Assembly (NCBI GenBank): GCA_963705115.1
Contig: CAVPIX010000010.1
Span: 331,096-395,095 of the forward strand
Direction of reading: 5' to 3'
From: an uncultured delta proteobacterium
GTDB lineage: Bacteria > Desulfobacterota > Desulfobaccia > Desulfobaccales > 0-14-0-80-60-11
DNA: 64,000 nt
The first letter of the stretch is position 1. Each line of letters opens with the position of its first letter. Below are positions 44,825-55,195 of the stretch, in pieces. Below the pieces are notes generated by a model that was not told the DNA's origin, did no database searches, and saw only the letters and a program-made list of their open reading frames with translations. Position numbers and translations under genes: made by a program.

Positions 44825-45283
44825 TTAGTCTGGTAGTTTACGAATTTCTATTTTCTCATATAATTCCATTTTGAAATCAGCTTTAATTGCGGCATTATTA
44901 ATTCTATTTTGTAATTGACCATCCTTATAAACATGTATTTCTGAATGACAATAGTTATGTTCTAAAGGTACATGCTCTACTTGAAAGTAATAACGAACTC
45001 CTCCACCTGATTCCATAAATTGTGGAACATCTATTACTTTAAATGCACCATACCCCCAATTTTTATAACAGGGCAACAAAACCCATTCCGGCTGACATCC
45101 GTGTTTTGATCTATTCAGCGATTGGTTTACGGATTTTATTTCAATAGGAATTAGTTGATCTTCATGAATTATTTTGAACCTAATGAAAAGATCTTCCTCA
45201 GGTTCAAAATCCTGATCTGCTTCTCGATTGTCTTGAAGCATTCCAGGTGGGAGGCTGTCAGGAGATAAACAACTAGGAGGCAT
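44825..45283 (-). CDS. Hypothetical protein, third gene of the AT-rich islet
   Basis: 152-aa ORF in DNA of about 25-35% GC, 12 nt after the upstream stop. It carries a conserved-looking block, VEHVPLEHNYCHSEIHV. No family recognised. Confidence 0.5.
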   Translation of the reverse strand: MPPSCLSPDSLPPGMLQDNREADQDFEPEEDLFIRFKIIHEDQLIPIEIKSVNQSLNRSKHGCQPEWVLLPCYKNWGYGAFKVIDVPQFMESGGGVRYYFQVEHVPLEHNYCHSEIHVYKDGQLQNRINNAAIKADFKMELYEKIEIRKLPD

Positions 45284-45295
45284 TGATAAAAGCTT

Positions 45296-45814
45296 TTAAT
45301 ATTTCAGTCCATCTTTGATTTCATCAATGGTATCTCCGATCTGCCTGGTTCTTCGATACCCCTTCCGATCAGACATTGCAACCACTATCTCGCCGTCATT
45401 GTAGCATTCTATGAAACCATATTTGTTTTTATTAGAGAAGTAGAACCCGATACCTTCATCTGATGATGGTAATAATTTAGCTGGGGGGAAATCCATTTCA
45501 CTCAATACATCTATGACATTCCAAGCATGAAAGCGAGCTTTCCTATTCGGTGCCGCAGTTCCCTGACCATCCCAATTATCAGTTAGAGTGCTGATGTCGT
45601 TTAGTCTTTTAATGAGATCCGAAAACACATTTGGCACAAAGGTACCTGGGATATCCATGTCCAGGAATATCTTACACTCATTGCCTAAATCGCATGTATC
45701 TCCTTCGGTTCTTTCAGAATATCCAATAGACACATTGCCAGTGCCGCTTACATAGGGCTCTTGAGGGAAATAGCCGAAAGTTGCATTATTTGCTTCCACA
45801 TACGCCGGATTCAT
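45296..45814 (-). CDS. Hypothetical protein, second gene of the AT-rich islet
   Basis: 172-aa ORF. Its ATG overlaps the upstream stop (ATGA at 45811-45814). Carries the motif LTDNWDGQGTAAP. No family recognised. Confidence 0.5.
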   Translation of the reverse strand: MNPAYVEANNATFGYFPQEPYVSGTGNVSIGYSERTEGDTCDLGNECKIFLDMDIPGTFVPNVFSDLIKRLNDISTLTDNWDGQGTAAPNRKARFHAWNVIDVLSEMDFPPAKLLPSSDEGIGFYFSNKNKYGFIECYNDGEIVVAMSDRKGYRRTRQIGDTIDEIKDGLKY

Positions 45815-46206
45815 TTAGTCCTTCTTTCTGGTTTGGCTTTGGTCGCCTTTTGAATTTTCTCGATGTTCCTGGTTAGCCAGTCCCGCACTCGAGTGGCGAC
45901 TGCAATATCCATAACCAAGAGCGCCTCAACCTCCCTGATTACGGCATCTCGTGTAACTTGCTCTTCCAAAATTTCCCCACCAACTTCTCCTTTAGGACCG
46001 ATTTTCATCACTGTACGCTTCGGAATAGGCCACCGTTCATTAAAAACATTCAAATGAACAATTCCAGGTGGGGGTGCACTTCCACCAATACCGCCGTCGA
46101 CATGAATCACCCGGAAATTATTTCCTTTTATGTAATCGAAGGAAATAGTCCCCTTTTCCATGTCGATGCCTGGGACTTTCTTCTTTTCGCCATCAGTTCC
46201 CATCAC
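45811..46206 (-). CDS. Hypothetical protein, first gene of the AT-rich islet
   Basis: 131-aa ORF with GTG 46206 / ATG 46203 and AAGGA upstream. It has a basic C-terminal tail (KATKAKPERRTK). No family recognised. Confidence 0.5.
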   Translation of the reverse strand: MMGTDGEKKKVPGIDMEKGTISFDYIKGNNFRVIHVDGGIGGSAPPPGIVHLNVFNERWPIPKRTVMKIGPKGEVGGEILEEQVTRDAVIREVEALLVMDIAVATRVRDWLTRNIEKIQKATKAKPERRTK

Positions 46207-46487
46207 TTATCGTCCTTTTAAGGGAAAACAAAAATCTCGACGTTGACCTGGGATAAATGGATTATTTCACATATAAACCCTCTCCGCAAGATGTTCAAGA
46301 CCATGGTTGCCATTTTAGTGACTTTTTCACCATATAAATCCTGGGGGATTTTTCCTTTAAGCTAACTCGATCACTATATTGGGTGCTTACCCAACAAGGG
46401 AAGATGACAAATGGGCCTGTCCCTTCCTGACCATATCTATCACCCGTTTCTTTTCTGGTTCTGAAATGGTCGATGTAGCCATAATGA

Positions 46488-48020
46488 TCAACTAGTGAAT
46501 TTCCTATCCAGCGTCCGATACTGAATAGCCTCGGCCACGTGGGCCGGGGAGAGGTTGGGCTCATCTTCCAGGTCGGCGATGGTGCGGGCGATCTTAAGTA
46601 TCCGGGAGTAGGCCCGGGCGGAGAGGGCCAGCTTTTCCATGGCCGCCTCCAGGAGGCGCCGGGTGTCGTCCGTGAGGGCGCAGAATTCCTTCAGGTGCCT
46701 CTGGGTCATGTACGCGTTGGCGAAGATTTTGCTTTTGGCAAAGCGAGACCGCTGCTTGTCCCGGGCGGCGAGCACCCGCGCCCGCATGCCTGTGGAGCCT
46801 TCCTGGCTGTCGGCGGGGTCGGCCAACTCCTGGAAGCGCACCGCGGGGACCTGCACCTGGAGGTCGATGCGGTCCAGGAGCGGCCCGGAGATGCGGGAAC
46901 GGTAGGTGTTGATCTGGTGGGGGTTGCAGGTGCAGGGCTTGCGGGGGTCCCCGTAAAAGCCGCAGGGACAGGGGTTCATGGCCGCCACCAGCATGAAGCG
47001 GGCCGGGTAGGTCAGGGAGCTCGTGGCCCGGGAGATGGTGACCAGGCCCTCCTCCAGGGGCTGGCGCAGGACCTCCAGAGTGGCCCGCTTGAATTCCGGC
47101 AGTTCATCCAGGAAAAGCACTCCGTGGTGGGCCAGGGAGACCTCGCCGGGCTTGGGGCTGGTGCCGCCGCCGATGAGCCCGGCGTCGGAAATGGTGTGGT
47201 GAGGGGAGCGGAAAGGCCTTTGGCGCAAGAGGGCCTGGCCTGGCGGCAAGAGCCCCATGATGCTGTAAATCCGGGAGGTTTCCAGGGCCTCCTCGAAACT
47301 GAGCGGCGGCAGGATACTGCTAAGACGTTGGGCTATCATGGTCTTACCGGCCCCAGGCGGCCCCACCATGAGGACATTGTGCCCCCCGGCCGCGGCCAGA
47401 AGAAGCGCCCGCTTCACCGGCTCCTGGCCCCGCACTTCCTTGAAGTCCACGTCGTCCCTGGACTCCCAGCCCGCCTCGTCCGGGGCCAGCGGCGGGGTGG
47501 GTTCCAACTGCAAACGTCCGGCCAGAAAATCCACCACCTGGGCCAGGGTGTCCACGGCAAAGAGCTCCAGGCCCTGGACCACCGCAGCTTCCCGGGCGTT
47601 TTCCCGGGGGAGGATGAGGCCCAGGCCGGCCTCCCGGGTGGTCAGCGCCATGGACAGGACCCCCCGGGTGGGCTTGAGACGCCCGTCCAGGGAAAGCTCT
47701 CCGAACAACAGATACTTTCCCAACCCCTCGTCTTCCACCACGCCTTGGGCTGCCAACAGCCCCACGGCCACGGGCAGGTCAAAGCCCGTGCCCTCCTTGC
47801 GCACGTCCGCGGGGGCCAGATTGATGGTGACACGGTTGCCGGGGAACTTATAGCCCGAATTCTTGAGCGCGGCCCGCACCCGGTCTTTGGCTTCTTTGAC
47901 GGCGGTCTCGGGCAAGCCCACGGTGGTGAAGGCCGGCAGCCCCGGAGCCAGGTCCACCTCCACCTCCACGATATAGGCGTCCACCCCCTTGAGCGCGCCG
48001 CTTTTCACCCGGGCTAACAT
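46488..48020 (-). CDS. comM: YifB/ComM-family Mg-chelatase-like AAA+ ATPase
   Basis: MLARVKSGALKGVDAYIVEVEVD.., a Lon-like N-domain, Walker A GPPGAGKTM, VLFLDELPEF and a C-terminal helical domain. The Met at 48020 is preferred over the listed 48062. Confidence 0.9.
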   Translation of the reverse strand: MLARVKSGALKGVDAYIVEVEVDLAPGLPAFTTVGLPETAVKEAKDRVRAALKNSGYKFPGNRVTINLAPADVRKEGTGFDLPVAVGLLAAQGVVEDEGLGKYLLFGELSLDGRLKPTRGVLSMALTTREAGLGLILPRENAREAAVVQGLELFAVDTLAQVVDFLAGRLQLEPTPPLAPDEAGWESRDDVDFKEVRGQEPVKRALLLAAAGGHNVLMVGPPGAGKTMIAQRLSSILPPLSFEEALETSRIYSIMGLLPPGQALLRQRPFRSPHHTISDAGLIGGGTSPKPGEVSLAHHGVLFLDELPEFKRATLEVLRQPLEEGLVTISRATSSLTYPARFMLVAAMNPCPCGFYGDPRKPCTCNPHQINTYRSRISGPLLDRIDLQVQVPAVRFQELADPADSQEGSTGMRARVLAARDKQRSRFAKSKIFANAYMTQRHLKEFCALTDDTRRLLEAAMEKLALSARAYSRILKIARTIADLEDEPNLSPAHVAEAIQYRTLDRKFTS

Positions 48021-48082
48021 TGAGACGTTAAAAGAAATCCGATTATTCCCTTGGCCCCGCAAAGAAAATAAGGTTTCTGGCG

Positions 48083-48185
48083 TGGGGGGAGGGCCAGGGA
48101 CCTGAGGTCACTGCCCTCCCCCCTCCACCCTCCCAACCCGTATAGGGTTTGAGAAGGGCGGGGCCTTGGGTCCCGACTTTCTCGG
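48083..48185. repeat. Family-1 G/C-arm hairpin array (two stem-loops)
   Basis: GGGGGGAGGGCCAGGGACCTGAGGTCACTGCCCTCCCCCC ... TTGAGAAGGGCGGGGCCTTGGGTCCCGACTTTCTCGG. Confidence 0.8.
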
Positions 48186-48484
48186 AAAATAATCTCCTTA
48201 AGAAATTACCTTAACCTTTTGATTGATCAAGTTACCGCAAAAAGATGGCTGCAAATACTTACATTTTTTAACTTGCCACAACAGGCCGCAAGGATCAATT
48301 GTTACTGAACCCGAACTTAACCTATTTTCGCCATGAAATGAAACATTCATAGGGGCCGACCCAGGTGTCGGCCCGATATTACGGGCGGACACGCGGGTCC
48401 GCCCCTACGGGCTTGTTGCAGGTCATTATGAACATGGTATTACATCGTAACCTATTGTAATCGTATTTTTTTCAGAAAACAGTA

Positions 48485-49834
48485 TCAGCCACTGCCCTCA
48501 AGCTGTTTATCAATATAGGCCTGCACGTCAAATTTTCCCGCGGCCCCCTTGTAACTCATGTAGCGGATTTTGCCGAAGAGGCGCCGTTCTCCCCAGGCCC
48601 GGTCGTGGACTCCGCCCAGGCTCCAGGCTACCCCCACGTAGCCGTTGGGGTCCCGGCCGTCCAGTTCATAGCGGTCGTTTAAGTAAATGGCCGCGCCCAG
48701 GGCCTCCTCCGGGGAGGCCGTCCATTCCAGGATTTTTTTGGCCCAGTACATCCTCATGTAGCCGTGCATTTTGCCCAGGTTGACCATCTCCAGTTGGGCC
48801 GCGTTCCACAGGGGATCGTGGGTGCGGCCGGCCTCCAATTCCTCCAGACTATAAAGATACTCCCGCTCATCGGCCCGGTGGTCGTGCAAAGTTTTCTGGG
48901 CCCAATCCGGAAAACCCTGGAAGCGGTCGTAGGCCGGGTTGTAATAGACAAAATTGTCGGAGAGTTCACGGCGGACGATAAGCTCTTCCAGGAAGGCCTC
49001 TTTGGCGGCCCGGGGCGTTTTGGCCTCCTCGACCTCTAAAGCCACCCGCTGGGGCGCCAGCTGCCCGAAATGAAAATACGGGGAAAGGTCGGATTGCCCG
49101 TCCCGGTTGGGGTCGTTCCGGTCCTCGTCATAGCGGGGCAATTTCTTGGAAAGAAACTGCCTAAGGTGGGCCCGGGCGCGGTTCTCCCCCGGCTGGAGCC
49201 AGGTGACCGGGGCGACGCTGCGGTCCAGTGAAAGGGAGTCCAGGAGTTTCGGGACGTCAAGGCCGATCCCTTTTTCCCCGGACGGGAACGGGTGTTTCAG
49301 CAAGGGCGGAAATGGCATGAGAAATTCGCTCAAGGCCCGGTGGATCTTGGGCCGGAAGGAATACGCGGCCCATTCCTGCTTGGGGGAGGCCAGCCAACAA
49401 GGGACGATGTTGTGCGCGTCCACCTCCCAGAGGGGCACGGCTAACCTTTGGGCAACCTCCTCTTTCCAGGCTCTCTTAAGGCGTAAAGGATCAAAGTCGG
49501 TGACCAGGAGGCCCACATCCATGGCTTTGGCCCATTGAGGAATTTCAACCCCAGGCTCACCCCGCATCAGGTGGAAGGGAATCCCGAAATTTTCCAACTC
49601 CTGGGCCACCTCGGCCAGCCCCTTTAGCATAAAATCATACTGACGCCACGCGGCCCCGAGAAAGGCCGGCGCCAGGCAAAAGACCACCAGGAGGGGAACC
49701 CGGCGCTCCAGGGCCAGTTGCTGGGCATAAAGCAAAGCCCAATTGTCATGGGCCCGCTGGTCCCGGCTCATCCAATAGGCCACCGGGCCGGGCTGCTCTT
49801 TTCCGGCTTGCAGAAGTCTTGCTCGTTTGTCCAT
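48485..49834 (-). CDS. phr: Deoxyribodipyrimidine photolyase, class II-like
   Basis: VAYWMSRDQRAHDNWALLYAQ.., ..RNDPNRDGQSDLSPYFHFGQL.., ..WNAAQLEMVNLGKMHGYMRMYWAKK... The Met at 49834 (MDKRARLL) is preferred over the listed 49960. Confidence 0.85.
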   Translation of the reverse strand: MDKRARLLQAGKEQPGPVAYWMSRDQRAHDNWALLYAQQLALERRVPLLVVFCLAPAFLGAAWRQYDFMLKGLAEVAQELENFGIPFHLMRGEPGVEIPQWAKAMDVGLLVTDFDPLRLKRAWKEEVAQRLAVPLWEVDAHNIVPCWLASPKQEWAAYSFRPKIHRALSEFLMPFPPLLKHPFPSGEKGIGLDVPKLLDSLSLDRSVAPVTWLQPGENRARAHLRQFLSKKLPRYDEDRNDPNRDGQSDLSPYFHFGQLAPQRVALEVEEAKTPRAAKEAFLEELIVRRELSDNFVYYNPAYDRFQGFPDWAQKTLHDHRADEREYLYSLEELEAGRTHDPLWNAAQLEMVNLGKMHGYMRMYWAKKILEWTASPEEALGAAIYLNDRYELDGRDPNGYVGVAWSLGGVHDRAWGERRLFGKIRYMSYKGAAGKFDVQAYIDKQLEGSG

Positions 49835-50037
49835 GCTGGTCTGGTTCCTTGGGCTAAGATAGAACAATCCGTTACCGATGGTGGGATTATGCCACGGCTG
49901 TGAATTGTTGCAAGGGAGAGTTCCGGGATACGGGGAAGCCCTCGGGGCTGGTTGCTGCAACCTGTCTTAAAACGCCTATCTTATGTGATATACTAAAATA
50001 AAGTTTTTCATGGTCTTTCTCAGGAATAGGTTTCTCA

Positions 50038-52347
50038 ATGGCTGAACCCCTGCCTGCTTCCATTTCCCTGGCCCGAAGAAAAATTACCGTCACCGGCCTG
50101 GTCCAGGGGGTGGGCTTCCGTCCCTTCGTGTACCGTCTGGCCCGGAGCCATAACCTGGCGGGCTGGGTGCGCAACACTTCCCGGGGGCTGGAGATGGAGA
50201 TGGAAGGGCCGCCCGCTGTCCTGGAAATGTTTATCAGCCGCTTGTCGGCGGAGGCGCCGGCCCTCGCCCGGGTGGAGCAGGTGGTCTCCGCAGGAAACCG
50301 CGCCCCTGGCCCAGGATGAATTCATCATTTTGGCCAGCGAGAATCTGCCGAGCACGGAGGCGGTCATCCCCCCGGATGTGGGCCTCTGCGCCGACTGCGC
50401 CCGGGAAATCCGGGACCCCGGAGACCGGCGGTTTCAGTATCCCTTCACTAATTGCACCAACTGCGGCCCCCGCTTCACCCTCATCCGCCAAGTGCCATAC
50501 GACCGCCCCCAGACCACCATGGCCGTTTTCGACATGTGTCCGGACTGCCGCCGGGAGTATGAAGACCCCGGAGACCGCCGCTTTCACGCCGAACCCACCG
50601 CCTGCCCGGCCTGCGGGCCCCACATCTGGCTGGAATATCAGGGCGAGCGCCGCGACACCGAAGTCCTGCCCGCCGCGGCCGGGTTACTGCGGAACGGTAA
50701 AATCCTGGCGGTGAAGGGCCTGGGGGGCTTCCATCTGGCCGGCGATGCCCGCAACGACGCGGCGGTGCGGGCCTTGCGGGAGCGCAAAGGCCGCCAGGAT
50801 AAGCCCTTGGCCCTCATGGTGCGGGATCTTGAGGAAGCGGCTCTGATCGGGGAAATCACCGAGCTGGAACGGGCCCTGCTCCTTTCCCCGGAGCGCCCCA
50901 TTGTCTTGTGCCGGCGGCGGCCGGGCGGAGGAATTTCCCCCCTGGCGGCCCCGGGTAACAATTACCTGGGTTTGCTCCTGCCTTACACGCCGCTGCATCT
51001 GGTGCTCATGGACCAGGCCCCCGCGGCCCTGGTCATGACCAGCGGCAATGTGAGCGAGGAGCCCCTGGCCTTCACCAACGAGGAGGCTCGGCGCAAGCTG
51101 GCCCCTCTGGCGGACGCCTTCCTCATGCACAACCGGGACATTCACGTCCCCTGCGACGACTCCGTAGTGCGGCCCCTCCCGGACGGCACGGTGATTCCCT
51201 TGAGAAGGGCCCGGGGCTTTGTGCCCCAAACCATTCCCCTGCCCATAGAAGCGCCGGAGGTTGTGGGACTGGGGGCCGAGCAAAAAAACACCTTTTGCCT
51301 GGCCTGGGGGCAAACCGCGCTGATGAGCCAGCACATCGGGGACCTGGACACCCTGGAGACCCTGGAGTATTATCAGCTTGCCATCCGCCACTTTGAGGCC
51401 CTGAGCCGGAAGCGCCCCCGGATTTTGGCCCATGACCTGCACCCCCATTATCTCAGCACCCGCTATGCCCTGGAGTCAGGAGGGGGTGCAGCTTGTCGGG
51501 GTGCAGCATCATCACGCCCACGTAGCCGCCTGCCTGGCGGAAAACGGCCGCACGGGACCGTGCATCGGGGTGGCCCTGGACGGTACGGGCTATGGCCCGG
51601 ACGGCACGGTCTGGGGCGGCGAAGTTCTGGTGGCTGACCTTCTAGACTTCACCCGGGTGGGCCATTTGGCGCCGGTGCGCCTTCCCGGCGGCGAGGCGGC
51701 CATCCGCAGCCCGGCCCGCATGGCCGCGGCCTATCTGTTTGCGGCATATGGGGAGCGTTTTCAGGAAATGGCCCAACGGTTAGGCCTTCATTTTCCGGAC
51801 CTGGAGTGGCGGGTGCTGCACAAGCAGTTGGCCGAGGGCTGGAATTCCCCCTTGACCACCAGCGCCGGGCGCCTGTTCGACGCGGTGGCCGCGGCCACGG
51901 GCATCTGCCGGCAGCGGACCTATGAAGGCCAGCCCGCCATGGAACTGGAGATGGCCGCCGATCCTGACGAACAGGGAATGTATCCGGCCCCGGTGCGCCA
52001 AGACGGAGAAACCCTGGTGCTGGACACCCTGGCCCTGTTCCGGGGGATAGTGGCGGATCGTTTGGCAGGCCTTGCTAATGCCGGTATCGCCGGGCGCTTC
52101 CATCAGTCCCTGGCCGATGGCTTAACCCGGATGTGCGTGAATAATCCGGGAGCGCACCGGCCTAAACCTGGCGGCCCTGTCGGGCGGGGTTTTCCAAAAT
52201 GCGTTCATGGTGCTGAACCTCAAGACCCGCCTGGAAGAGCAGGGGTTCGAGGTTCTGACCCACAGGCTGGTCCCCCCCAACGACGGGGGCCTTTCCCTGG
52301 GCCAGGCCGCCATAGCCGCAGCCCGGTTGGGGAAGAAGGAGAAGTAA
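50038..52347 (+). pseudogene. hypF: Carbamoyltransferase HypF, reading frame broken by three apparent single-base insertions
   Basis: The acylphosphatase domain is in ORF 50038... The Zn-finger repeats (CADCAREIRDPGDRRFQYPFTNCTNCGPRF; CPDCRREYEDPGDRRFHAEPTACPACGP) and the YrdC-like part are in ORF 50330... The Kae1-like part (VQHHHAHVAACLAENG) is in ORF 51432... The last block, ERTGLNLAALSGGVFQN...PPNDGGLSLGQAAIAA, is in a fourth frame ending TAA at 52345-52347. Confidence 0.8.
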
Positions 52348-52425
52348 ATATTGGGAGGGAGGTGGGGAGAGGGTCAGTGAGCCAGCTGCCTGGCCTTACC
52401 CATAAATCAAGCCAGAGGAACCATT

Positions 52426-52647
52426 ATGTGTCTTGCTATTCCCATGCGTATTGTGGAGATTGACGGGTTCAAGGCCGTGGCCGAAGTGGACGGGGTGCGC
52501 CGGGAGGCCCGCCTGGACCTCATCCCGGAGGCGGTGGTGGGGGATTATATCCTGGTGCATGCCGGGCTGGCCATCGCCACGGTGGACCCGGAGGCCGCGG
52601 AGGAAACCCTGACGCTTTTGAGGCAGTTCGCTGATGAAATACAGTGA
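52426..52647 (+). CDS. hypC: Hydrogenase maturation chaperone HypC
   Basis: N-terminal MCLAIPMRIV signature. 73 aa. Confidence 0.9.
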   Translation: MCLAIPMRIVEIDGFKAVAEVDGVRREARLDLIPEAVVGDYILVHAGLAIATVDPEAAEETLTLLRQFADEIQ

Positions 52648-53725
52648 AGAATACCGGGACCGGGAGCTGGTGCAGAAGCTCAGCCGCCAGATCGGCGATC
52701 TCGCCCCCGGTCCGGCCACCCTCATGGAGGTGTGCGGCACCCACACCATGTCGGTGGCCCGCTTCGGCTTAAAATCCCTTTTGCCCGCCGCACTAAAGCT
52801 GGTGTCCGGGCCGGGCTGCCCGGTGTGCGTCACCGCTCAACAGGACATCGACGGCTATTTGGCCCTGGGAAGTATGCCTGAAGCTATTTTGGCCACCTTC
52901 GGCGACATGGTGCGGGTGCCTGGGTCAGCGACGTCTCTCGAAAAAGCCAGGTCTCAGGGGGTGCAGGTGCGGGTGGTGTATGCTCCCCTGGATGCCGTAA
53001 CCGTGGCTCGGGAAAATCCCCACAAGGAAGTCATTTTTTTCGGGGTGGGCTTTGAAACCACCATGCCGGCCACCGCCCTGGCGGTGAAGGTGGCCGCGTC
53101 CGAAGGTGTTACGAATTTTTCCGTATTTTCTGTGCACAAGACCATGCCCTCAGCGCTACGGGCTCTGTTGGGCAGCGGCGACCTCAAGGTGTCGGGGCTT
53201 CTTCTCCCCGGTCATGTCACCACCATCATTGGGCCCCAGGCTTACAACTTCATACCGCAAGAGTTCCACATCCCTTGCGCGGTGACGGGTTTTGAGCCGG
53301 TGGATATCCTGTTGGGGATTGCCTCAATTGTCAGGCAATTAAAGAAAAATCAACCGATTGTGGAAAATGTCTACACCCGGGCGGTGAAGACCCCAGTGAA
53401 TCTCCGGGCTAAGGCTCTGTTAGAGGAGATTTTCGTGCCGGAGGACGCGGCCTGGCGGGGGCTGGGGGTTATTCCGGGAAGCGGCGCCGGACTGCGGGAA
53501 GCATACGCCCCCTTTGATGCCAGGCGGCGCTTTGCTGACGTGCTGGCCCGGGTGCCCCCGGCCAAACCCACTGCCTGCCGCTGCGGGGAGGTCCTGCGGG
53601 GAACCCTGGCGCCTCGCCAATGTCCCCAGTTCGATGAGACTTGCACCCCCTCCCAGCCCCTGGGACCGTGCATGGTCTCCAGCGAGGGCGCCTGCGCCGC
53701 GGCGTTTAAGTATGAAAGAGGGTAA
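52634..53725 (+). CDS. hypD: Hydrogenase maturation factor HypD
   Basis: MKYSEEYRD.., LMEVCGTHT, GPGCPVCV, FFGVGFETT and the C-terminal CxxC-rich region. It overlaps hypC by 14 nt. Confidence 0.9.
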   Translation: MKYSEEYRDRELVQKLSRQIGDLAPGPATLMEVCGTHTMSVARFGLKSLLPAALKLVSGPGCPVCVTAQQDIDGYLALGSMPEAILATFGDMVRVPGSATSLEKARSQGVQVRVVYAPLDAVTVARENPHKEVIFFGVGFETTMPATALAVKVAASEGVTNFSVFSVHKTMPSALRALLGSGDLKVSGLLLPGHVTTIIGPQAYNFIPQEFHIPCAVTGFEPVDILLGIASIVRQLKKNQPIVENVYTRAVKTPVNLRAKALLEEIFVPEDAAWRGLGVIPGSGAGLREAYAPFDARRRFADVLARVPPAKPTACRCGEVLRGTLAPRQCPQFDETCTPSQPLGPCMVSSEGACAAAFKYERG

Positions 53726-53746
53726 GGCGGGAGGATAAAGGAAATG

Positions 53747-53936
53747 TGGGGAAGGGGGCTAAGGGGCGGTGGCCCCTTAGCCCCCTTCCCCACACCCCCA
53801 CCCCCAATCCCTTGTGGGGATGTGTAAACACCGGTTCAGCCAGGGCCAAATGGCCCAGGCTGAACCGGCACCCCAAGCGGGTTGGGAGGGGGGCTTGGGG
53901 GGAGGGCAGGGACCACTGGTCCCTGGCCCTCCCCCC
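53747..53936. repeat. Family-1 composite array (large-palindrome version) inside the hypD-hypE spacer
   Basis: Sister of 36999-37188. It is translated as the bogus N-terminal extension of ORF 53746... Confidence 0.85.
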
Positions 53937-53958
53937 AAAAAACCATTCAAGGCTAACT

Positions 53959-54957
53959 ATGGACCGGATTTTGTTAAGCCACGGCGCCGGCGGGCGGGAG
54001 ATGGGCGAGTTGATCCGCCGGGTGTTCCTGTCGGCGTATGGCTCTGAGGGCTTCAGGGCCGACGACAGCGCCGTGCTCAGTGTTGAATCCCCTGAGATCG
54101 CGTTCACCACGGATGCCTTTGTGGTGGCCCCCCTGTTTTTCCCCGGCGGCGATATCGGCCGGCTGGCGGTGGCCGGCACGGTGAACGATCTCCTCACCGC
54201 CGGGGCCCGGCCCCTGGCCCTGTCCGCCTCATTTATTATCGAAGAAGGTTTCCCCATCCAAGACTTGCAAAAGATCGCGGCATCCATGGCCCGCACTTCG
54301 GCGGAGGCGGGGGTGGCCATCGCCACCGGCGACACCAAGGTGGTGCCCCGGGGGTCGGCGGACCGGCTGTTTATTACCACGTCGGGAGTGGGCCGGGTCA
54401 TATCGCCGGGCATCTCAGGCGCGGCCGTCCGCCCCGGGGACCGGCTTATCCTCACCGGCTCAACGGGGGATCACGGCATTGCGGTGATGCTCGCCAGGGA
54501 AAACCTGTTGCAGGGGGAGAACATTATAAGTGATGCCGCGCCCCTGACCGAAATGGTTCTCAACCTGCTGGAAAAAAATCTCCCCATTCACGCCATGCGA
54601 GACCCCACCCGGGGAGGCGTGGCCGCAGCCTTGAACGAAATCGCCCGTCAGTCCCAGGTTTGCCTGGAAATCGAGGAATCTGCCATTCCGGTGAAACCCG
54701 GGGTGGCTGCGGCCTGCGAAGCCCTGGGGCTGGACGTTCTCCAGGTGGCCAACGAAGGGAAAATGCTCATTTTCGTGGCCCCTGAGGCCGCGGCAACCGC
54801 CCTGGCCATAATCAAGGCCAGCCGCTACGGCCAGGAAGCCCAACTCATCGGCGCGGCGATACCTTCCCCCCCGGGACGGGTGCACCTGCACACCCAGATC
54901 GGCACCACCCGCATTCTCGCCCCCCCCACCGGCGAACTCCTACCCCGGATTTGTTGA
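53959..54957 (+). CDS. hypE: Hydrogenase maturation protein HypE
   Basis: MDRILLSHGAGG.., a PurM-like fold, and the C-terminal PRIC motif. The Met at 53959 follows the repeat array. Confidence 0.9.
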   Translation: MDRILLSHGAGGREMGELIRRVFLSAYGSEGFRADDSAVLSVESPEIAFTTDAFVVAPLFFPGGDIGRLAVAGTVNDLLTAGARPLALSASFIIEEGFPIQDLQKIAASMARTSAEAGVAIATGDTKVVPRGSADRLFITTSGVGRVISPGISGAAVRPGDRLILTGSTGDHGIAVMLARENLLQGENIISDAAPLTEMVLNLLEKNLPIHAMRDPTRGGVAAALNEIARQSQVCLEIEESAIPVKPGVAAACEALGLDVLQVANEGKMLIFVAPEAAATALAIIKASRYGQEAQLIGAAIPSPPGRVHLHTQIGTTRILAPPTGELLPRIC

Positions 54958-55195
54958 GGGATTGTTGAGTAAGGGGGGGCCCACGGGCTGGAAGCCCTCC
55001 TACCGTAGCGCACCCCACGTCTCTCCGGGAGCACAGGCATCTTTCCTGTGCCACAGGCGGGAGCCTGTGCTCCCGAGATGGGTGGGCGAGGGGGTTGGTA
55101 GGGTGGTTTTCCGAGAGTGGCCAGGGGGCGTGGGTTGCTTATTGCTCGGATGCAATGCTTTTATACCAAGTTGCTGTCAAACAAGTAATTTGGCT

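Noticed and set aside
46539-48017. 492-aa ORF on the plus strand
   Set aside because: It is exactly antisense to comM/yifB, whose AAA+ motifs are unambiguous. The sequence is low-complexity and G/P/H-rich.
53746-53958. N-terminal 71 codons of listed ORF 53746..54957
   Set aside because: This stretch is a translation of the family-1 hairpin array. HypE homology starts at MDRILLSHGAGG (53959).
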